From assembly GCA_018830725.1 (NCBI GenBank), contig JAHJRV010000035.1, positions 1 through 58,706 on the forward strand: 58,706 nt of DNA, written 5' to 3'. The notes under the pieces were generated by a model. The model was not told the origin of the DNA. It ran no database searches and saw only the letters and a program-made list of their open reading frames with translations. Shown here piece after piece: positions 7,522-18,222 of this stretch (position 1 is its first letter; each line of letters opens with the position of its first letter). The translations under genes and the position numbers were made by a program. The stretch is from Actinomycetota bacterium. GTDB taxonomy: Bacteria > Actinomycetota > Humimicrobiia > JAHJRV01.

Positions 7522-10131
7522 TTAGGGTGTTTTATTCATCTTATTTTTTATAAATAAAATCTCGTCATTCTTATCTTTAATCAAACCATCAAGCTTTGCT
7601 TCAAGCAAAGAATCTAATACCTCTTTAAAAAATGGTGATGGTTTAAACCCTATATTTATTAAATCTTGACCTGTACAAGATATTTTAACATCCTTTAATT
7701 CATTTATGTATTTTTCAATCTTTTTTCTAATATTTGAAAATAAAGCATTAATTACAATTATAGATTCACTATTTAGCTCATTTAAAATCTTATATATTTC
7801 ACTATTTTTAATTTTCCTTCTTCTTAAAGATTTTACCCTATCTTTTATTTCAGAAACTCCCTGTATAATTTTATCTGCGAATTTTTTCTTCATCTTCATC
7901 TTACTGCACCACTTCTCTACCTCATTTAGAGGAATATCATAGAATAATCCAATTATATTAACAATCCAATGCAAAGGTTTTGGAGAAAATTCATCACTCA
8001 ATTTATAAAACGAAGATTGGATCTCTTTTAATCTTTTAATGACATAAGGTGTGGATTTTAATTGAGGATGAATTGTTCTTAATGCTTTTAGATTATCCAA
8101 TCGCATAACTACTCTCCATGACTTTGATTCTGAAAATAATGCTACTAATTCTTCTCTTACTCTTGATGTTGTTAGTTCATCTACCAATTTCATTTCTATA
8201 GCATTTCTTGCCAAATTCTCAGTTTGGGAATCCATGCAAAAGCCATATCTTTGTTCAAATCTAACTGCACGAAAAATTCTTGTTGGATCCTCTATAAAAC
8301 TGAGATTGTGCATAATTTTAATTCTTTTTTCTAAGATATCTCTTTGACCTCCAAAAAAATCTAATATCTGCCCAAAATTCTTTTTATTTAATGCAATAGC
8401 CATAGAGTTTATAGAGAAATCCCTTCTATATAAATCCTGATAAATTGAGCTTTTTTCAACTGAAGGAAGCGCAGCAGGATGTTCATAATATTCAGATCTT
8501 GCAGATGTAAAATCAATGTGAAAATCATTTGGTAGTACAACTACAGCAGTTCCAAATTTTTTATGTGGTCTAATCCTACCATCAAATTTTTTGACAACTT
8601 TTTTAGCAAATGCTATACCATCACCTTCCACAACTACATCAATATCAAGATTTGGATACTTTAAAAGCATATCCCTTGCAAATCCTCCTACTAAGTATGC
8701 TTTTACGTTTTGCTTATCTGCAAGTTCTCCTATATTATCAATTACTTTTATTAACCATTTGGGTAGAAGTTGAGTCATTCTTTTTCTTATCGTTTCCGGA
8801 GTAAAACTGTGAGAGCTGATTAACAAGTTATTTTCAGGCATATATTCATCACCATGTTGAGCTCTTAATATATCTTTTCTAGTAACTATTCCAACTAACT
8901 TTGATCCATCCAATATCGGAATTCTACCAATTGCATTTTCTATCATTGTTTTTTGTAAATATTTTGCAGTAGTATCCGGAGAAGCTGTTATAATCTTTTT
9001 TAACATAAATCCCTTTACCGGAGCATGACTTAATTTATGTCTAACAGCTTTATCGATATCCTTTCTTGAAATAATTCCTATTATTTTCCCTCTTTTAATA
9101 ACTGGGAGCCCTGAATGACCATATAAAACCATTTTCTCTTCAGCTTCTTTTATGGTAGTTTTTTCAGATATAGTTTTTACCACAGTAGACATAATATCTT
9201 TTGCTGTTAATGGAGCTTCTATTTCATTTGAGATTTGTTCAATTAATTTTTTTTCAATATCGTGTAGGGTCATACCTTTTACAGAAGCGGATGCTGCTGT
9301 TGGATGTCCACCACCATTAAAATAAGAAATTATTTTACCTACATCTACATCATCTCTTTTACTTCTTGCAACTATATATATGCGATCCCTCATTTTTGCA
9401 TATATAAAAGTTATATCTGCCTCCTCTAAATCTCCTAATTTATGAGCAAGAACTGAAAAACCATTAACAAATTCGGAAGTTTTAACATGAGACATTAATA
9501 TATCAACATCTTTTATTCTTACTATCTTTGATTTTGAAATAAGTTCTTCTAATAATTTGTGCTGTTGTTTTGTTAATGTTAGGTTTAAGAATTTTCTGAT
9601 AACTTTGATATTAGCTCTTTGAGCCATCAAAAAAGCTACTGCTTCAACATCGAGATAAGTTGTTGTGGGATAAGTTAGAGAGCCTGTATCCTCATGAATA
9701 CCCATAGCAAAAACTGTAGCTTCAAATGGAGTGATCAGAATTCCTCTTTCTCTTATTAATGCAACAATAGATGTAGTTGTAGAACCTAATTGACGAGAAA
9801 AATCAATATCTATTTTCATATCTTCCTGTGATTGTGGATGATGGTCAAAAATTACTACTTCAACATTTGGGTTTAACGCCACTTTTTCAAAATCACCCAA
9901 TCTTTTAGCTATTTTGGTATCTACAACAATTAATTTCTTTATACAAGACAAATCTACATCTTTAACATCAACAAATTTTAAAACATCTGAATGTAATGAA
10001 ATAAAATCTCTAACATTCTGATTTTGGGACCCTGAAAGAACCATTAAAGCATCTGGGTATAGTTTCTTTGCAGCTAATATAGAGGAAAAGGCATCAAAAT
10101 CTGCATTTTTATGACTAGTTATAACTTCCAA
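7522..10131 (-). CDS. Multidomain DHH/DHHA1 - tandem CBS - tRNA nucleotidyltransferase (CCA-adding / poly(A) polymerase family) protein
   Basis: N-terminal DHH motifs (HKNADFDAFSS, FDHHP) and DHHA1 GGGH (FNGGGHP). Two CBS repeats in the middle. C-terminal class II nucleotidyltransferase motifs GGFARDMLL...DIDVVV and RRDFSINSMA. Confidence 0.85.
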   Translation of the reverse strand: MEVITSHKNADFDAFSSILAAKKLYPDALMVLSGSQNQNVRDFISLHSDVLKFVDVKDVDLSCIKKLIVVDTKIAKRLGDFEKVALNPNVEVVIFDHHPQSQEDMKIDIDFSRQLGSTTTSIVALIRERGILITPFEATVFAMGIHEDTGSLTYPTTTYLDVEAVAFLMAQRANIKVIRKFLNLTLTKQQHKLLEELISKSKIVRIKDVDILMSHVKTSEFVNGFSVLAHKLGDLEEADITFIYAKMRDRIYIVARSKRDDVDVGKIISYFNGGGHPTAASASVKGMTLHDIEKKLIEQISNEIEAPLTAKDIMSTVVKTISEKTTIKEAEEKMVLYGHSGLPVIKRGKIIGIISRKDIDKAVRHKLSHAPVKGFMLKKIITASPDTTAKYLQKTMIENAIGRIPILDGSKLVGIVTRKDILRAQHGDEYMPENNLLISSHSFTPETIRKRMTQLLPKWLIKVIDNIGELADKQNVKAYLVGGFARDMLLKYPNLDIDVVVEGDGIAFAKKVVKKFDGRIRPHKKFGTAVVVLPNDFHIDFTSARSEYYEHPAALPSVEKSSIYQDLYRRDFSINSMAIALNKKNFGQILDFFGGQRDILEKRIKIMHNLSFIEDPTRIFRAVRFEQRYGFCMDSQTENLARNAIEMKLVDELTTSRVREELVALFSESKSWRVVMRLDNLKALRTIHPQLKSTPYVIKRLKEIQSSFYKLSDEFSPKPLHWIVNIIGLFYDIPLNEVEKWCSKMKMKKKFADKIIQGVSEIKDRVKSLRRRKIKNSEIYKILNELNSESIIVINALFSNIRKKIEKYINELKDVKISCTGQDLINIGFKPSPFFKEVLDSLLEAKLDGLIKDKNDEILFIKNKMNKTP

Positions 10132-10150
10132 AAAGTATCATCTCCAATAT

Positions 10151-11455
10151 TTAATCTATTATCTTTTTTATTAAAATTGGTACTCTCCCCTTTTTATCTG
10201 ATATTTCAATAGATTTCTCCAATATTTTTTTAGCTTCTTCTATTTTAGAAAAATCATTTCCATAAATTGTACAAATTTTATCTTTTATTTTTACATTATC
10301 ACCTAATCTCTTCTCCATTACTATTCCAACTGAAGGATCTATTATATCCTCTTTTTTCTCCCTACCAGCACCTAAAATTATGCTTGCTATACCTATTTGC
10401 TTGCAGTCTATCTTTGAAATAAATCCATTATATTTTGCCAATAATTCATCCTTATATCTGGCTTTTGTAAGTAATGAGATATCTTCAACAATATTTGAGT
10501 TTCCTCCCTGATGAGAGATAAATTGCTTAAACTTATCTAAACCTCTACCTGAGGTTAATATTTCTTCTGTTATTTCTATTCCTTCTTCTAAATCTTTAAC
10601 TTTTTGTCCTAATAAAAGCATATTTGCTGCAATATTTATACAAACTTCTCTTAAATCCAAGCTTCCATTACCTTTCAAAATTTTTATTGCTTCTTCAACC
10701 TCTAAGGAATTCCCAATAGCATTGCCAAGAGGTTGAGACATATCAGTTATTATTGCTCTCGTCTTCTTTCCAAAGCCTTTACCTATATTAACCATAATTT
10801 TTGCTAATTTTTCTACTTTTTCCTCATCTTCAATAAAAGCTCCACTTCCAACTTTAACATCCAAAACTATAGCATCTGCTCCTCCAGCAATCTTCTTTGA
10901 CATAATACTGCTTGCAATAAGAGGTAAACTATCAACAGTTGCAGTAACATCTCTGAGAGCATAAATCAGCTCATCAGCTGTAACAACATTACCTATCTTT
11001 CCTACTACTGCTATACCAATATCTTTTACCTGGTTTATAAAATCATTTTTAGAAATTTTAGTACTAAATCCAGGAATTGATTCCAATTTATCAATTGTTC
11101 CACCAGAATGACCCAAACCTTTACCTGACATTTTTGCAACGGGAATTCCTGCTTCAGCAACAATTGGAGCAACTATTAAAGTGGTTGTATCCCCTACTCC
11201 ACCAGAACTATGTTTATCCACTTTAATACCTGGTATTGAACTTAAATCTATGATATCACCTGAATCTACGAAGGATTTAGTAAGATATAATGTCTCATCA
11301 GTATTCATCCCATTTATCGCAATTGCCATTAAGAAGGCGGACATTTGATAATTGGGTATAACACCTTTTACGAACCCTTTTACCATAAAATCAATTTCAG
11401 AGGAACTTAAGATCTTATTCCATCTTTTTTTAAAAATAATATCGTATGCTCTCAA
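10151..11455 (-). CDS. pdp: Pyrimidine-nucleoside (thymidine) phosphorylase
   Basis: Family signature SGKGLGHSGGTIDKLESIPGF over the full 434 aa. TTG start preceded by GAGGAGG. Confidence 0.9.
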   Translation of the reverse strand: MRAYDIIFKKRWNKILSSSEIDFMVKGFVKGVIPNYQMSAFLMAIAINGMNTDETLYLTKSFVDSGDIIDLSSIPGIKVDKHSSGGVGDTTTLIVAPIVAEAGIPVAKMSGKGLGHSGGTIDKLESIPGFSTKISKNDFINQVKDIGIAVVGKIGNVVTADELIYALRDVTATVDSLPLIASSIMSKKIAGGADAIVLDVKVGSGAFIEDEEKVEKLAKIMVNIGKGFGKKTRAIITDMSQPLGNAIGNSLEVEEAIKILKGNGSLDLREVCINIAANMLLLGQKVKDLEEGIEITEEILTSGRGLDKFKQFISHQGGNSNIVEDISLLTKARYKDELLAKYNGFISKIDCKQIGIASIILGAGREKKEDIIDPSVGIVMEKRLGDNVKIKDKICTIYGNDFSKIEEAKKILEKSIEISDKKGRVPILIKKIID

Positions 11456-11732
11456 ATTGCCTCCTCAATCATATTTCCTCAATCATTTTAATTACAAATT
11501 TTAAATCAATAACTTCAATAGTAAATATAAAATACACAAAAAATAAAAATTTATTATTTCACTGTAAAATATTACAAATATATTAAATAATTTCTATAGA
11601 AACCAGCCTTTACCTTTATTTTTATAATTCCTTATAAATTATTTAATAATTCTATTTGAATCTAAAAACATTCAGTCCTTTTTCCTTCATCCATTTGAGT
11701 GGTTGAAGGATTAAACCATCAATAACACCTTA

Positions 11733-12644
11733 TTACCCAAGCACTACTAGAAACGCTCCAAGTACCGCTAGAATAATGCCAAAAGTACGCTGTGGATTGA
11801 TCGGTTCCTTCAGCAGCAGAGCAGCAAAGATAAAAATAAAGATGCTGCTGGTCTGATTTAGAGCGGCTGCAGTTGAGGCTTGAGTGAATTTCATCCCGGC
11901 CAACCACAAGATAATAGAAAGATAACCTCCGATGAACGAACCCCAGAATGTATAACCCCAGGATTGCACTGAGAATATCGAAGAGACAATTCTGCGCCTT
12001 GTCGGTAGAAATAAAAGTATTAATAAAAGTACTATCACACCACCAATAAGTCGAATTTCAGATGCCCATAATAGAGAAGATCTTTCCAATAATGGCTTGA
12101 TCATTACAATGCTCACCGCTACTATCAACATAGAAAGAATTCCATAAATAACACCCAGGAGAAGATCGCGTCTACCAATAGCAGCTCCTCTTTTGTTCTT
12201 CTGAGTCGCAATCAGTAAGGCAGAGATGATCAGTATTGCGCCAATCACCTGCAGAACTGTAAGTCTTTCATTTAACCATATAATAGACAATCCGATGACA
12301 GAAAGGCTGTAGAAGCAATCAATAATAGCTGTCAAGCCTGCCCCCAGTTTGTTTAGACTCATGAAAAACAGAGTGTCCGATATTCCAAGGCCCAACGCTC
12401 CAGATAATAGTAATAGCCAGTAGTCTGTACGTGGAACTTGAGGTGTCAATGTACCACTAAATAGCCACGAGGTCGGAAGTAGAAGAACAGATGCCAAAAG
12501 AGCTTTAAAGAGGTTCAGCGCAATGGGATGAACTTTCTCTCCGCTCTTTTTGAACAGGATGACTGCAAATGCCCAAGTTAATGCCACAATCAAGGATAAA
12601 ACTTCACCTAAGTAAGAAATGTTCGTTATCATAGAAGGAAGCAA
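11733..12644 (-). CDS. EamA/DMT-superfamily transporter
   Basis: About 10 hydrophobic helices arranged as two EamA-like halves. Visibly higher G+C than its neighbours (spot counts 37-43% against 23-33%). Confidence 0.75.
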   Translation of the reverse strand: MLPSMITNISYLGEVLSLIVALTWAFAVILFKKSGEKVHPIALNLFKALLASVLLLPTSWLFSGTLTPQVPRTDYWLLLLSGALGLGISDTLFFMSLNKLGAGLTAIIDCFYSLSVIGLSIIWLNERLTVLQVIGAILIISALLIATQKNKRGAAIGRRDLLLGVIYGILSMLIVAVSIVMIKPLLERSSLLWASEIRLIGGVIVLLLILLFLPTRRRIVSSIFSVQSWGYTFWGSFIGGYLSIILWLAGMKFTQASTAAALNQTSSIFIFIFAALLLKEPINPQRTFGIILAVLGAFLVVLG

Positions 12645-12702
12645 TTTAGCTTAAATTCTTTCACTTGTGATTCTATTTTTAAATTTTAAATGACAATTGT
12701 AT

Positions 12703-13884
12703 TTACAATAATATCTGTTTTGCAAAGCTTTTACCTTTGATATCTACTTTTACCTTTAGAATTTCAGAAATTGTTTTGCCAACATCAGCGAAACTCTTTC
12801 TTTTACCTAAATTTATACCTGCTTTAATATCTTTACCGTAAACTAATAAAGGTACATATTCTCTGGAATGATCAGTACTTGGAGTGGTAGGATCACATCC
12901 ATGATCAGCAGTTATAAAAAGTATATCATTATATTTCATAGAATCGATAATTTTAGGTATATTTTGATCAAATTCAACTAATGCTTTTGCATAACCTTCT
13001 GGATTATTTCTATGACCATACAACATATCAAAGTCTATTAAGTTAGAAATTATCAAGTCTCCTATATTCTTCTTTATTAAATTGATAATTTTATTGATGC
13101 CATCTATATTACTTTTTGTAGGAAATTTTTTTGTTATTCCCCTTCCTGCAAAAATATCATATATTTTTCCAACAGCTAAAACTTCTCCACCCTTTTCTTT
13201 TAAATAATCAAGTAAAGTCTTTTCTGTTGGTTCTAACGAGAAATCTTTTCTTCTTTTAGTTCTAATAAATTTTCCGCTTTTTCCAATAAAAGGTCTTGCT
13301 ATTACTCTACCTACAGAATGTTCTCCAGTTAATATTTCTCTTGCTTTTCTACAAATCTCGTATAGTTCTTCTACTGAAATAACATCTTCATGAGCAGCAA
13401 TTTGAAAAACTGAATCTGCAGATGTATAAACTATAGGTTTTTTTGTTTGAATGTGCTCATCGCCTAAAATCTTTATTATTTCTGTTCCAGATGCTGGATA
13501 ATTTCCTAGTGTTTTAATACCAATTGCTTTGTGAAACTTTTCCATTATTTCTTCAGGAAAGCCATTGGGATAGGTTGGAAAAGGTTTAAGAAGATGTAAA
13601 CCCATTATCTCCCAATGTCCTATTGTACTCTCCTTTCCTGCTGATACTTCAGCCATTTTTCCATAATTTGCTATTGGTGATATTTGTGGTTCAATCCCCA
13701 ATATAGAAATTATGTTACCTAACCCCATTTTTTCTAAATTTGGTAGATTTAAACCACCCAATACTTTAGCCATATTACCTAATGTATTTGAACCCTCATC
13801 GTTATATTTATGTGCGTCTGGTAATTCACCAACTCCTACACTATCCAGAACAATCAAAATTATTCTCTTTTTTTTTCTCAACAA
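12703..13884 (-). CDS. deoB: Phosphopentomutase
   Basis: N-terminal [12 protein letters not shown] and C-terminal ADHGCDPT metal-binding motifs. 393 aa. Confidence 0.92.
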   Translation of the reverse strand: MLRKKKRIILIVLDSVGVGELPDAHKYNDEGSNTLGNMAKVLGGLNLPNLEKMGLGNIISILGIEPQISPIANYGKMAEVSAGKESTIGHWEIMGLHLLKPFPTYPNGFPEEIMEKFHKAIGIKTLGNYPASGTEIIKILGDEHIQTKKPIVYTSADSVFQIAAHEDVISVEELYEICRKAREILTGEHSVGRVIARPFIGKSGKFIRTKRRKDFSLEPTEKTLLDYLKEKGGEVLAVGKIYDIFAGRGITKKFPTKSNIDGINKIINLIKKNIGDLIISNLIDFDMLYGHRNNPEGYAKALVEFDQNIPKIIDSMKYNDILFITADHGCDPTTPSTDHSREYVPLLVYGKDIKAGINLGKRKSFADVGKTISEILKVKVDIKGKSFAKQILL

Positions 13885-13942
13885 CTTCTCCTTTAAAAAT
13901 TAATAAATTCAATTATTATTTAAAATTTAAATTTTATAATAG

Positions 13943-14860
13943 TTATCTTTCTAAGTGAGCGCGGGGGTGTAATTCATAGTAGATCTTCTTAAGATAGGAT
14001 TGACTTAGATGTGTATATATTTGGGTAGTTGAAATATCAGAATGACCTAGCATTTCCTGAACAGCTCTAATTTCAGCTCCATTTTCTATTAAATGAGTGG
14101 CAAAACTATGTCTAAGAACATGAGGTGTTACTTTTTTTTCAAGTCCAACTCGCTTAGCTCTCTCTCTTAATATCTTCCAAAAACCCTGTCTGGTAAGTCT
14201 TTTACCTCGGAAATTTAAAAAAAGTGCATATTCCCTGAAAGCTGGTTTAAGTTTCAATCTACCGTGTTTTAAATATTCTTTAACAGATGATATTGAATTT
14301 TCCCCAATAGGAACAATTCTCTCCTTGCTTCCCTTTCCCATGCATCTTAAAAATCCGTCTTCCAAGTCAACATCACCTACATTCAATGAAATAAGTTCAG
14401 AAACTCTGACACCACTTGCATACATCAGTTCTAACATAGCCTTATTTCTAAAATCTAATGGCGTTATTAAATCTTTGAAATCAAGTAAAAGATTCACTTC
14501 AGCAATACTTAAAATTTTTGGAAGAAATTTTTTAGTAGAAGGAATCTTTATATGAGAAGCTGGATTGTGAATACAATGTCCCTCTCTAAGTAAAAGTTTA
14601 GAAAAAGACCTGATCGATGTGACCATTCTTGCTACTGTAGTAGAAGAATATCTATTTTTTCTGAGTGAATTCAAAAAATTTGATATTACTTCCCTTTTTA
14701 TATTATCAAGAGATTTTATTTCACTATCTTGTAGGTAATTTAAATATTTTATAATATCTCTTCTATATGAATCTATTGTATTTTGCGATAATCCTTTTTC
14801 TACAGTAATGTAATTAATAAAATCTCTTAAAACCTTCTCAAATATTTTCTCTTCTTTCAT
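13943..14860 (-). CDS. xerD: Tyrosine site-specific recombinase XerD-type
   Basis: SAM-like N-terminal domain. Catalytic region HVLRHSFATHL ... GHSDISTTQIYTH. Adjacent to deoB, as I recall for Bacillus ripX-drm. Confidence 0.85.
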   Translation of the reverse strand: MKEEKIFEKVLRDFINYITVEKGLSQNTIDSYRRDIIKYLNYLQDSEIKSLDNIKREVISNFLNSLRKNRYSSTTVARMVTSIRSFSKLLLREGHCIHNPASHIKIPSTKKFLPKILSIAEVNLLLDFKDLITPLDFRNKAMLELMYASGVRVSELISLNVGDVDLEDGFLRCMGKGSKERIVPIGENSISSVKEYLKHGRLKLKPAFREYALFLNFRGKRLTRQGFWKILRERAKRVGLEKKVTPHVLRHSFATHLIENGAEIRAVQEMLGHSDISTTQIYTHLSQSYLKKIYYELHPRAHLER

Positions 14861-14890
14861 TTTTGGAAATTTTTAATATCCTAAAATATA

Positions 14891-15523
14891 TTACTTTTTA
14901 TGATGTTTTAAAGAAGCTAACATTATTCCTATAATAGTCTTTGCATCTATTATTTCACCACTAAAGATTTTATTTTTAGCTTCCTCTAATGGAATTATTA
15001 CCCTATTAATAAATTCATCTTTCTCAGATTTTCTTACTTCTACTTGAGATTTTCTTATATTTTTAATATTATTCTGAACATCTTTAAAATTCTCTCCTTT
15101 ATTACCTGCTTCAGTTAAATCTTCAAGTTCTTTTGCCAAAAAAATATGGATTTTCTCATTGCAATATCCAGGAGATGGGTAAACTGATATTAGCTTTTTC
15201 CATTTTTTTGCTCTCATTTTAACTTCCTCTTCAAATTCCCTTTTTGCACAAATAATAGGTTTTTCGCCCTCTTCTAATGTACCAGCTGGTAACTCTAAAG
15301 TATGTCTTTCTATTGCAAATCTGTATTGTCTTACCATAACAACTTCATTATGTGAAGTCATTGGAACAATAGCTACTGCTCCTGGATGAGAAACAACTTC
15401 TCTTTCTGTAACATTTTTGTCAGGAAGTTTTACCTCACTTACGGTTAATTTAAGAAGTTTTCCTCTAAAAACTTCTTTAGATTTTATTAATCTTTCTTTA
15501 AAATTAAATTCTTTATTTTCCAT
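14891..15523 (-). CDS. NUDIX hydrolase (ADP-ribose pyrophosphatase-like)
   Basis: Nudix box GTLEEGEKPIICAKREFEEEV. Confidence 0.8.
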   Translation of the reverse strand: MENKEFNFKERLIKSKEVFRGKLLKLTVSEVKLPDKNVTEREVVSHPGAVAIVPMTSHNEVVMVRQYRFAIERHTLELPAGTLEEGEKPIICAKREFEEEVKMRAKKWKKLISVYPSPGYCNEKIHIFLAKELEDLTEAGNKGENFKDVQNNIKNIRKSQVEVRKSEKDEFINRVIIPLEEAKNKIFSGEIIDAKTIIGIMLASLKHHKK

Positions 15524-15533
15524 ATTCTTAATT

Positions 15534-17141
15534 TTATTTCTTTCTTTTATATTCTAATGCAGCTTTTATGAATTCTCTAAAAAGTGGGTGTGTTCTATTA
15601 GGTCTTGACTTAAATTCGGGATGAAATTGCCCCGCTACAAACCAAGGATGATCTTTTAACTCAATTATTTCTACTAACTTCCCATCTGGTGATTTTCCAC
15701 TGATTTTTAAACCTTTGTTGGTTAAATCATCTAAATAATCATTATTAAATTCATACCTATGTCTATGTCTTTCATATATTAATTCCTTATTATAAGCATT
15801 AAATGCTTTAGTTTTAGGCAATAATTTACACGGATATGCCCCCAGTCTCATGGTTCCACCTTTTTCTTCGATTTCCTTTTGTTCCGGAAGTAAATCGATA
15901 ACTGGATTTGAGGTTTCAGGATTAAATTCTGAACTATTTGCATCAATAAATCCAGCAACATTTCTTGCGAATTCTATAACAGCACATTGCATCCCTAAAC
16001 AGATTCCTAAAAATGGAACTTTATTAATCCTTGCATAATTTATGGCATTTATTTTTCCTTCAATTCCTCTTATACCAAATCCTCCAGGAACTAATATTCC
16101 ATGATATTTATTTAAAACTTCATCTGCATCTTTATCTAAAAGATGTTCAGCATTTATCAAGGTTGTCTCAACTTTACAACTGTTAGCAAAACCAGCATGT
16201 TTTAAAGATTCATTTACACTTAAATATGCATCTTTTAATCTTGTGTATTTTCCAACTAAACCTATTTTTGTAATTTCTTTAGATTTAGTTGCTTTATCCA
16301 ACATTTTTTTCCAGTCTTTCATATCTGATTCTTTGGGTTTTAAATTGAGCTTTTTTATAACAATTTCATCCAGACCCTCTTTTTGCAGATAGAGTGGAAT
16401 TTTATATATCTCTTCTACATCTATATTATTGATAATTGCTTCTGGCTCTATATCACAAAATAAACTTAATTTATTTATAGCCCCCTTAGTTAATTGTCTA
16501 TCTGATCTACAAATTATGATATCAGGTTGTATTCCTATACTTCTTAACTCCTTAACACTATGTTGAGTTGGTTTAGTTTTTAATTCTCCAATCTGTTTTA
16601 TATATGGAATGAAGGTTACATGTATATAGAGGACATTCTCTTTCCCAAGGTCATTTTTTAATTGGCGTATAGCTTCTAAAAATGGAAGGCTTTCAATATC
16701 ACCAACAGTACCCCCTACTTCTGTAATCACAATATCAAAATCTTCTCTTTTTACTAATGCTCTTATATGTTTTTTTATCTCATCTGTTATGTGTGGAATC
16801 ATCTGAACTGTAGCTCCAAGATATTCCCCTTTTCTCTCCTTTGAAATTACTTTTCCATATATTCTTCCTGAAGTTATATTATTGTCTACTGTTAAGTTTT
16901 GATCTATAAATCTCTCATAATGTCCTAAATCAAGATCAGTTTCAGCTCCATCCTCAGTGACAAATACTTCACCATGCTGAAGCGGATTCATTGTTCCTGG
17001 ATCAACATTTATATACGGATCAATCTTTTGAAGAGTTATTTTTAGACCTCTTGATTTAAGTAGTCTTCCTAAGGATGCAGAAGAAATACCCTTACCTAAT
17101 GAAGACATTACACCACCTGTAACAAAAATGTATTTAGTCAT
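15534..17141 (-). CDS. pyrG: CTP synthase
   Basis: N-terminal synthetase domain ([13 protein letters not shown]) and C-terminal glutamine amidotransferase domain (GICLGMQ, FHPEF). Confidence 0.95.
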   Translation of the reverse strand: MTKYIFVTGGVMSSLGKGISSASLGRLLKSRGLKITLQKIDPYINVDPGTMNPLQHGEVFVTEDGAETDLDLGHYERFIDQNLTVDNNITSGRIYGKVISKERKGEYLGATVQMIPHITDEIKKHIRALVKREDFDIVITEVGGTVGDIESLPFLEAIRQLKNDLGKENVLYIHVTFIPYIKQIGELKTKPTQHSVKELRSIGIQPDIIICRSDRQLTKGAINKLSLFCDIEPEAIINNIDVEEIYKIPLYLQKEGLDEIVIKKLNLKPKESDMKDWKKMLDKATKSKEITKIGLVGKYTRLKDAYLSVNESLKHAGFANSCKVETTLINAEHLLDKDADEVLNKYHGILVPGGFGIRGIEGKINAINYARINKVPFLGICLGMQCAVIEFARNVAGFIDANSSEFNPETSNPVIDLLPEQKEIEEKGGTMRLGAYPCKLLPKTKAFNAYNKELIYERHRHRYEFNNDYLDDLTNKGLKISGKSPDGKLVEIIELKDHPWFVAGQFHPEFKSRPNRTHPLFREFIKAALEYKRKK

Positions 17142-17194
17142 AATAATTCACATTAGTCTAACTTATAGTAATTTATTTCTTTGATAATTAAGAA

Positions 17195-18040
17195 TTATTT
17201 TATATGAAAAAGTCTTTTTTTAAATGAGTTATAAAAAGGAACATTACCAAATGTTAGTATCTTCAGGTATTTATCTGCTTTTCTTATATATATTTTATTT
17301 TTACAATCAAATATTATTCTATGTCTACCATCAGCATTTATTCCAACCTTACCACTTTCTGAATTAGCTTTAACCATTATCTCATCATCAGGTGAGAAAA
17401 TTACACTTCTATTAAAAAGAGTGTGACTGCAAACTGGAGTCATTATAATAGCACTTATTCTTGGAGATACAAAAGGTCCACCTGCAGATAAGGAGTATGC
17501 AGTAGAACCTGTTGGCGTTGCAAATATTATACCATCTCCCTTATATGCATTATAAAAACTGTTATTTACATAAATTCTTGTTTCAATCACTTTTCCAAAT
17601 GAACTCTTTGTAATAGCACAATCATTTAATGCTATTATTTGTTGATGTTTTTTATCCTCAGTTTTACAAGAAAGTAACATTCTTTGTTCTGTTCTGAAAT
17701 CCTTAGCAAGTATTTTTTCTAATCCCCAATACAGTTTATCAACTTCAAGCTCTGTCAAGAAACCCAGCTTTCCCAATTTCACTCCTATAAGTGGAATATC
17801 TGTTCCATAGCAGTAATCAACAGCTTTTAAAAAAGTACCGTCTCCACCTAAAACTAAAATCACATCACATTCTTTTTTGAAATCTGATATTTTTTTAACT
17901 AAATCAGGTCTTTTCTTTGCCATTGTTTCGTTTTTAGAGATAATTACCCTTCCACCTTTTTTCCCAAGCCAACTTGTAATTTCTTCTATCAATTTTTGAG
18001 CTTCTTCTTTTTTTGGATGTGTAATAATTCCAAAATTCAT
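17195..18040 (-). CDS. nadK: NAD kinase
   Basis: GGDGTFL motif and NAD-kinase C-terminal region (ATPTGSTAYSLSAGGP). Confidence 0.9.
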   Translation of the reverse strand: MNFGIITHPKKEEAQKLIEEITSWLGKKGGRVIISKNETMAKKRPDLVKKISDFKKECDVILVLGGDGTFLKAVDYCYGTDIPLIGVKLGKLGFLTELEVDKLYWGLEKILAKDFRTEQRMLLSCKTEDKKHQQIIALNDCAITKSSFGKVIETRIYVNNSFYNAYKGDGIIFATPTGSTAYSLSAGGPFVSPRISAIIMTPVCSHTLFNRSVIFSPDDEIMVKANSESGKVGINADGRHRIIFDCKNKIYIRKADKYLKILTFGNVPFYNSFKKRLFHIK

Positions 18041-18158
18041 AACTTTTTTTCCAGTTTAATTAACAAATTATTATTTTATTGAATAATTATATTTTATAAA
18101 ATCATTATTTTATTAATATTTTTACAATAACCAAATGTTAAGAATAATAAATTTACAT

Positions 18159-18213
18159 GAGATTGCACAGCCTGTTCCGAGTGTAGCGAGGAATCTCGGC
18201 TCCTTGCAATGAC
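18159..18213. repeat. GC-rich intergenic repeat (GAGATTGC...GCTCCTTGCAATGAC family), copy 2
   Basis: GAGATTGCACAGCCTGTTCCGAGTGTAGCGAGGAATCTCGGCTCCTTGCAATGAC. Contains an internal CCGAG/CTCGG stem and an inverted partial unit (TAGCGAGGAATCTC). Confidence 0.7.
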
Positions 18214-18222
18214 ATCTGTATA

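Noticed and set aside
11462-11486. Tandem duplication of the 11-mer TCCTCAATCAT immediately upstream of pdp. On the minus strand it reads ATGATTGAGGA x2 and creates mini-ORFs MIEEI* and MIEEAIESI*.
   Set aside because: It may simply be a duplicated Shine-Dalgarno region. Without conservation or ribosome-profiling data, a leader-peptide mechanism would be over-interpretation.
11719-11907. 62-aa minus-strand ORF overlapping the 3' end of the EamA transporter in another frame.
   Set aside because: It lies inside the transporter gene. It is an artefact of the locally higher G+C, which yields fewer stop codons.
11649-12678. 9-nt direct repeats (ATTCTATTT) flanking the G+C-rich EamA gene, as possible target-site duplications.
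   Set aside because: A 9-mer made of A/T plus one C is expected to recur by chance in this composition, and no mobile-element genes or terminal inverted repeats accompany it.
13943-14860. Considered xerD as the recombinase acting on the pilin-flanking inverted repeats, or as a mobile-element integrase.
   Set aside because: It sits in the conserved nudF-xerD-deoB housekeeping context, has canonical XerD features, and lies 10 kb from the repeats. No flanking att-like repeats.
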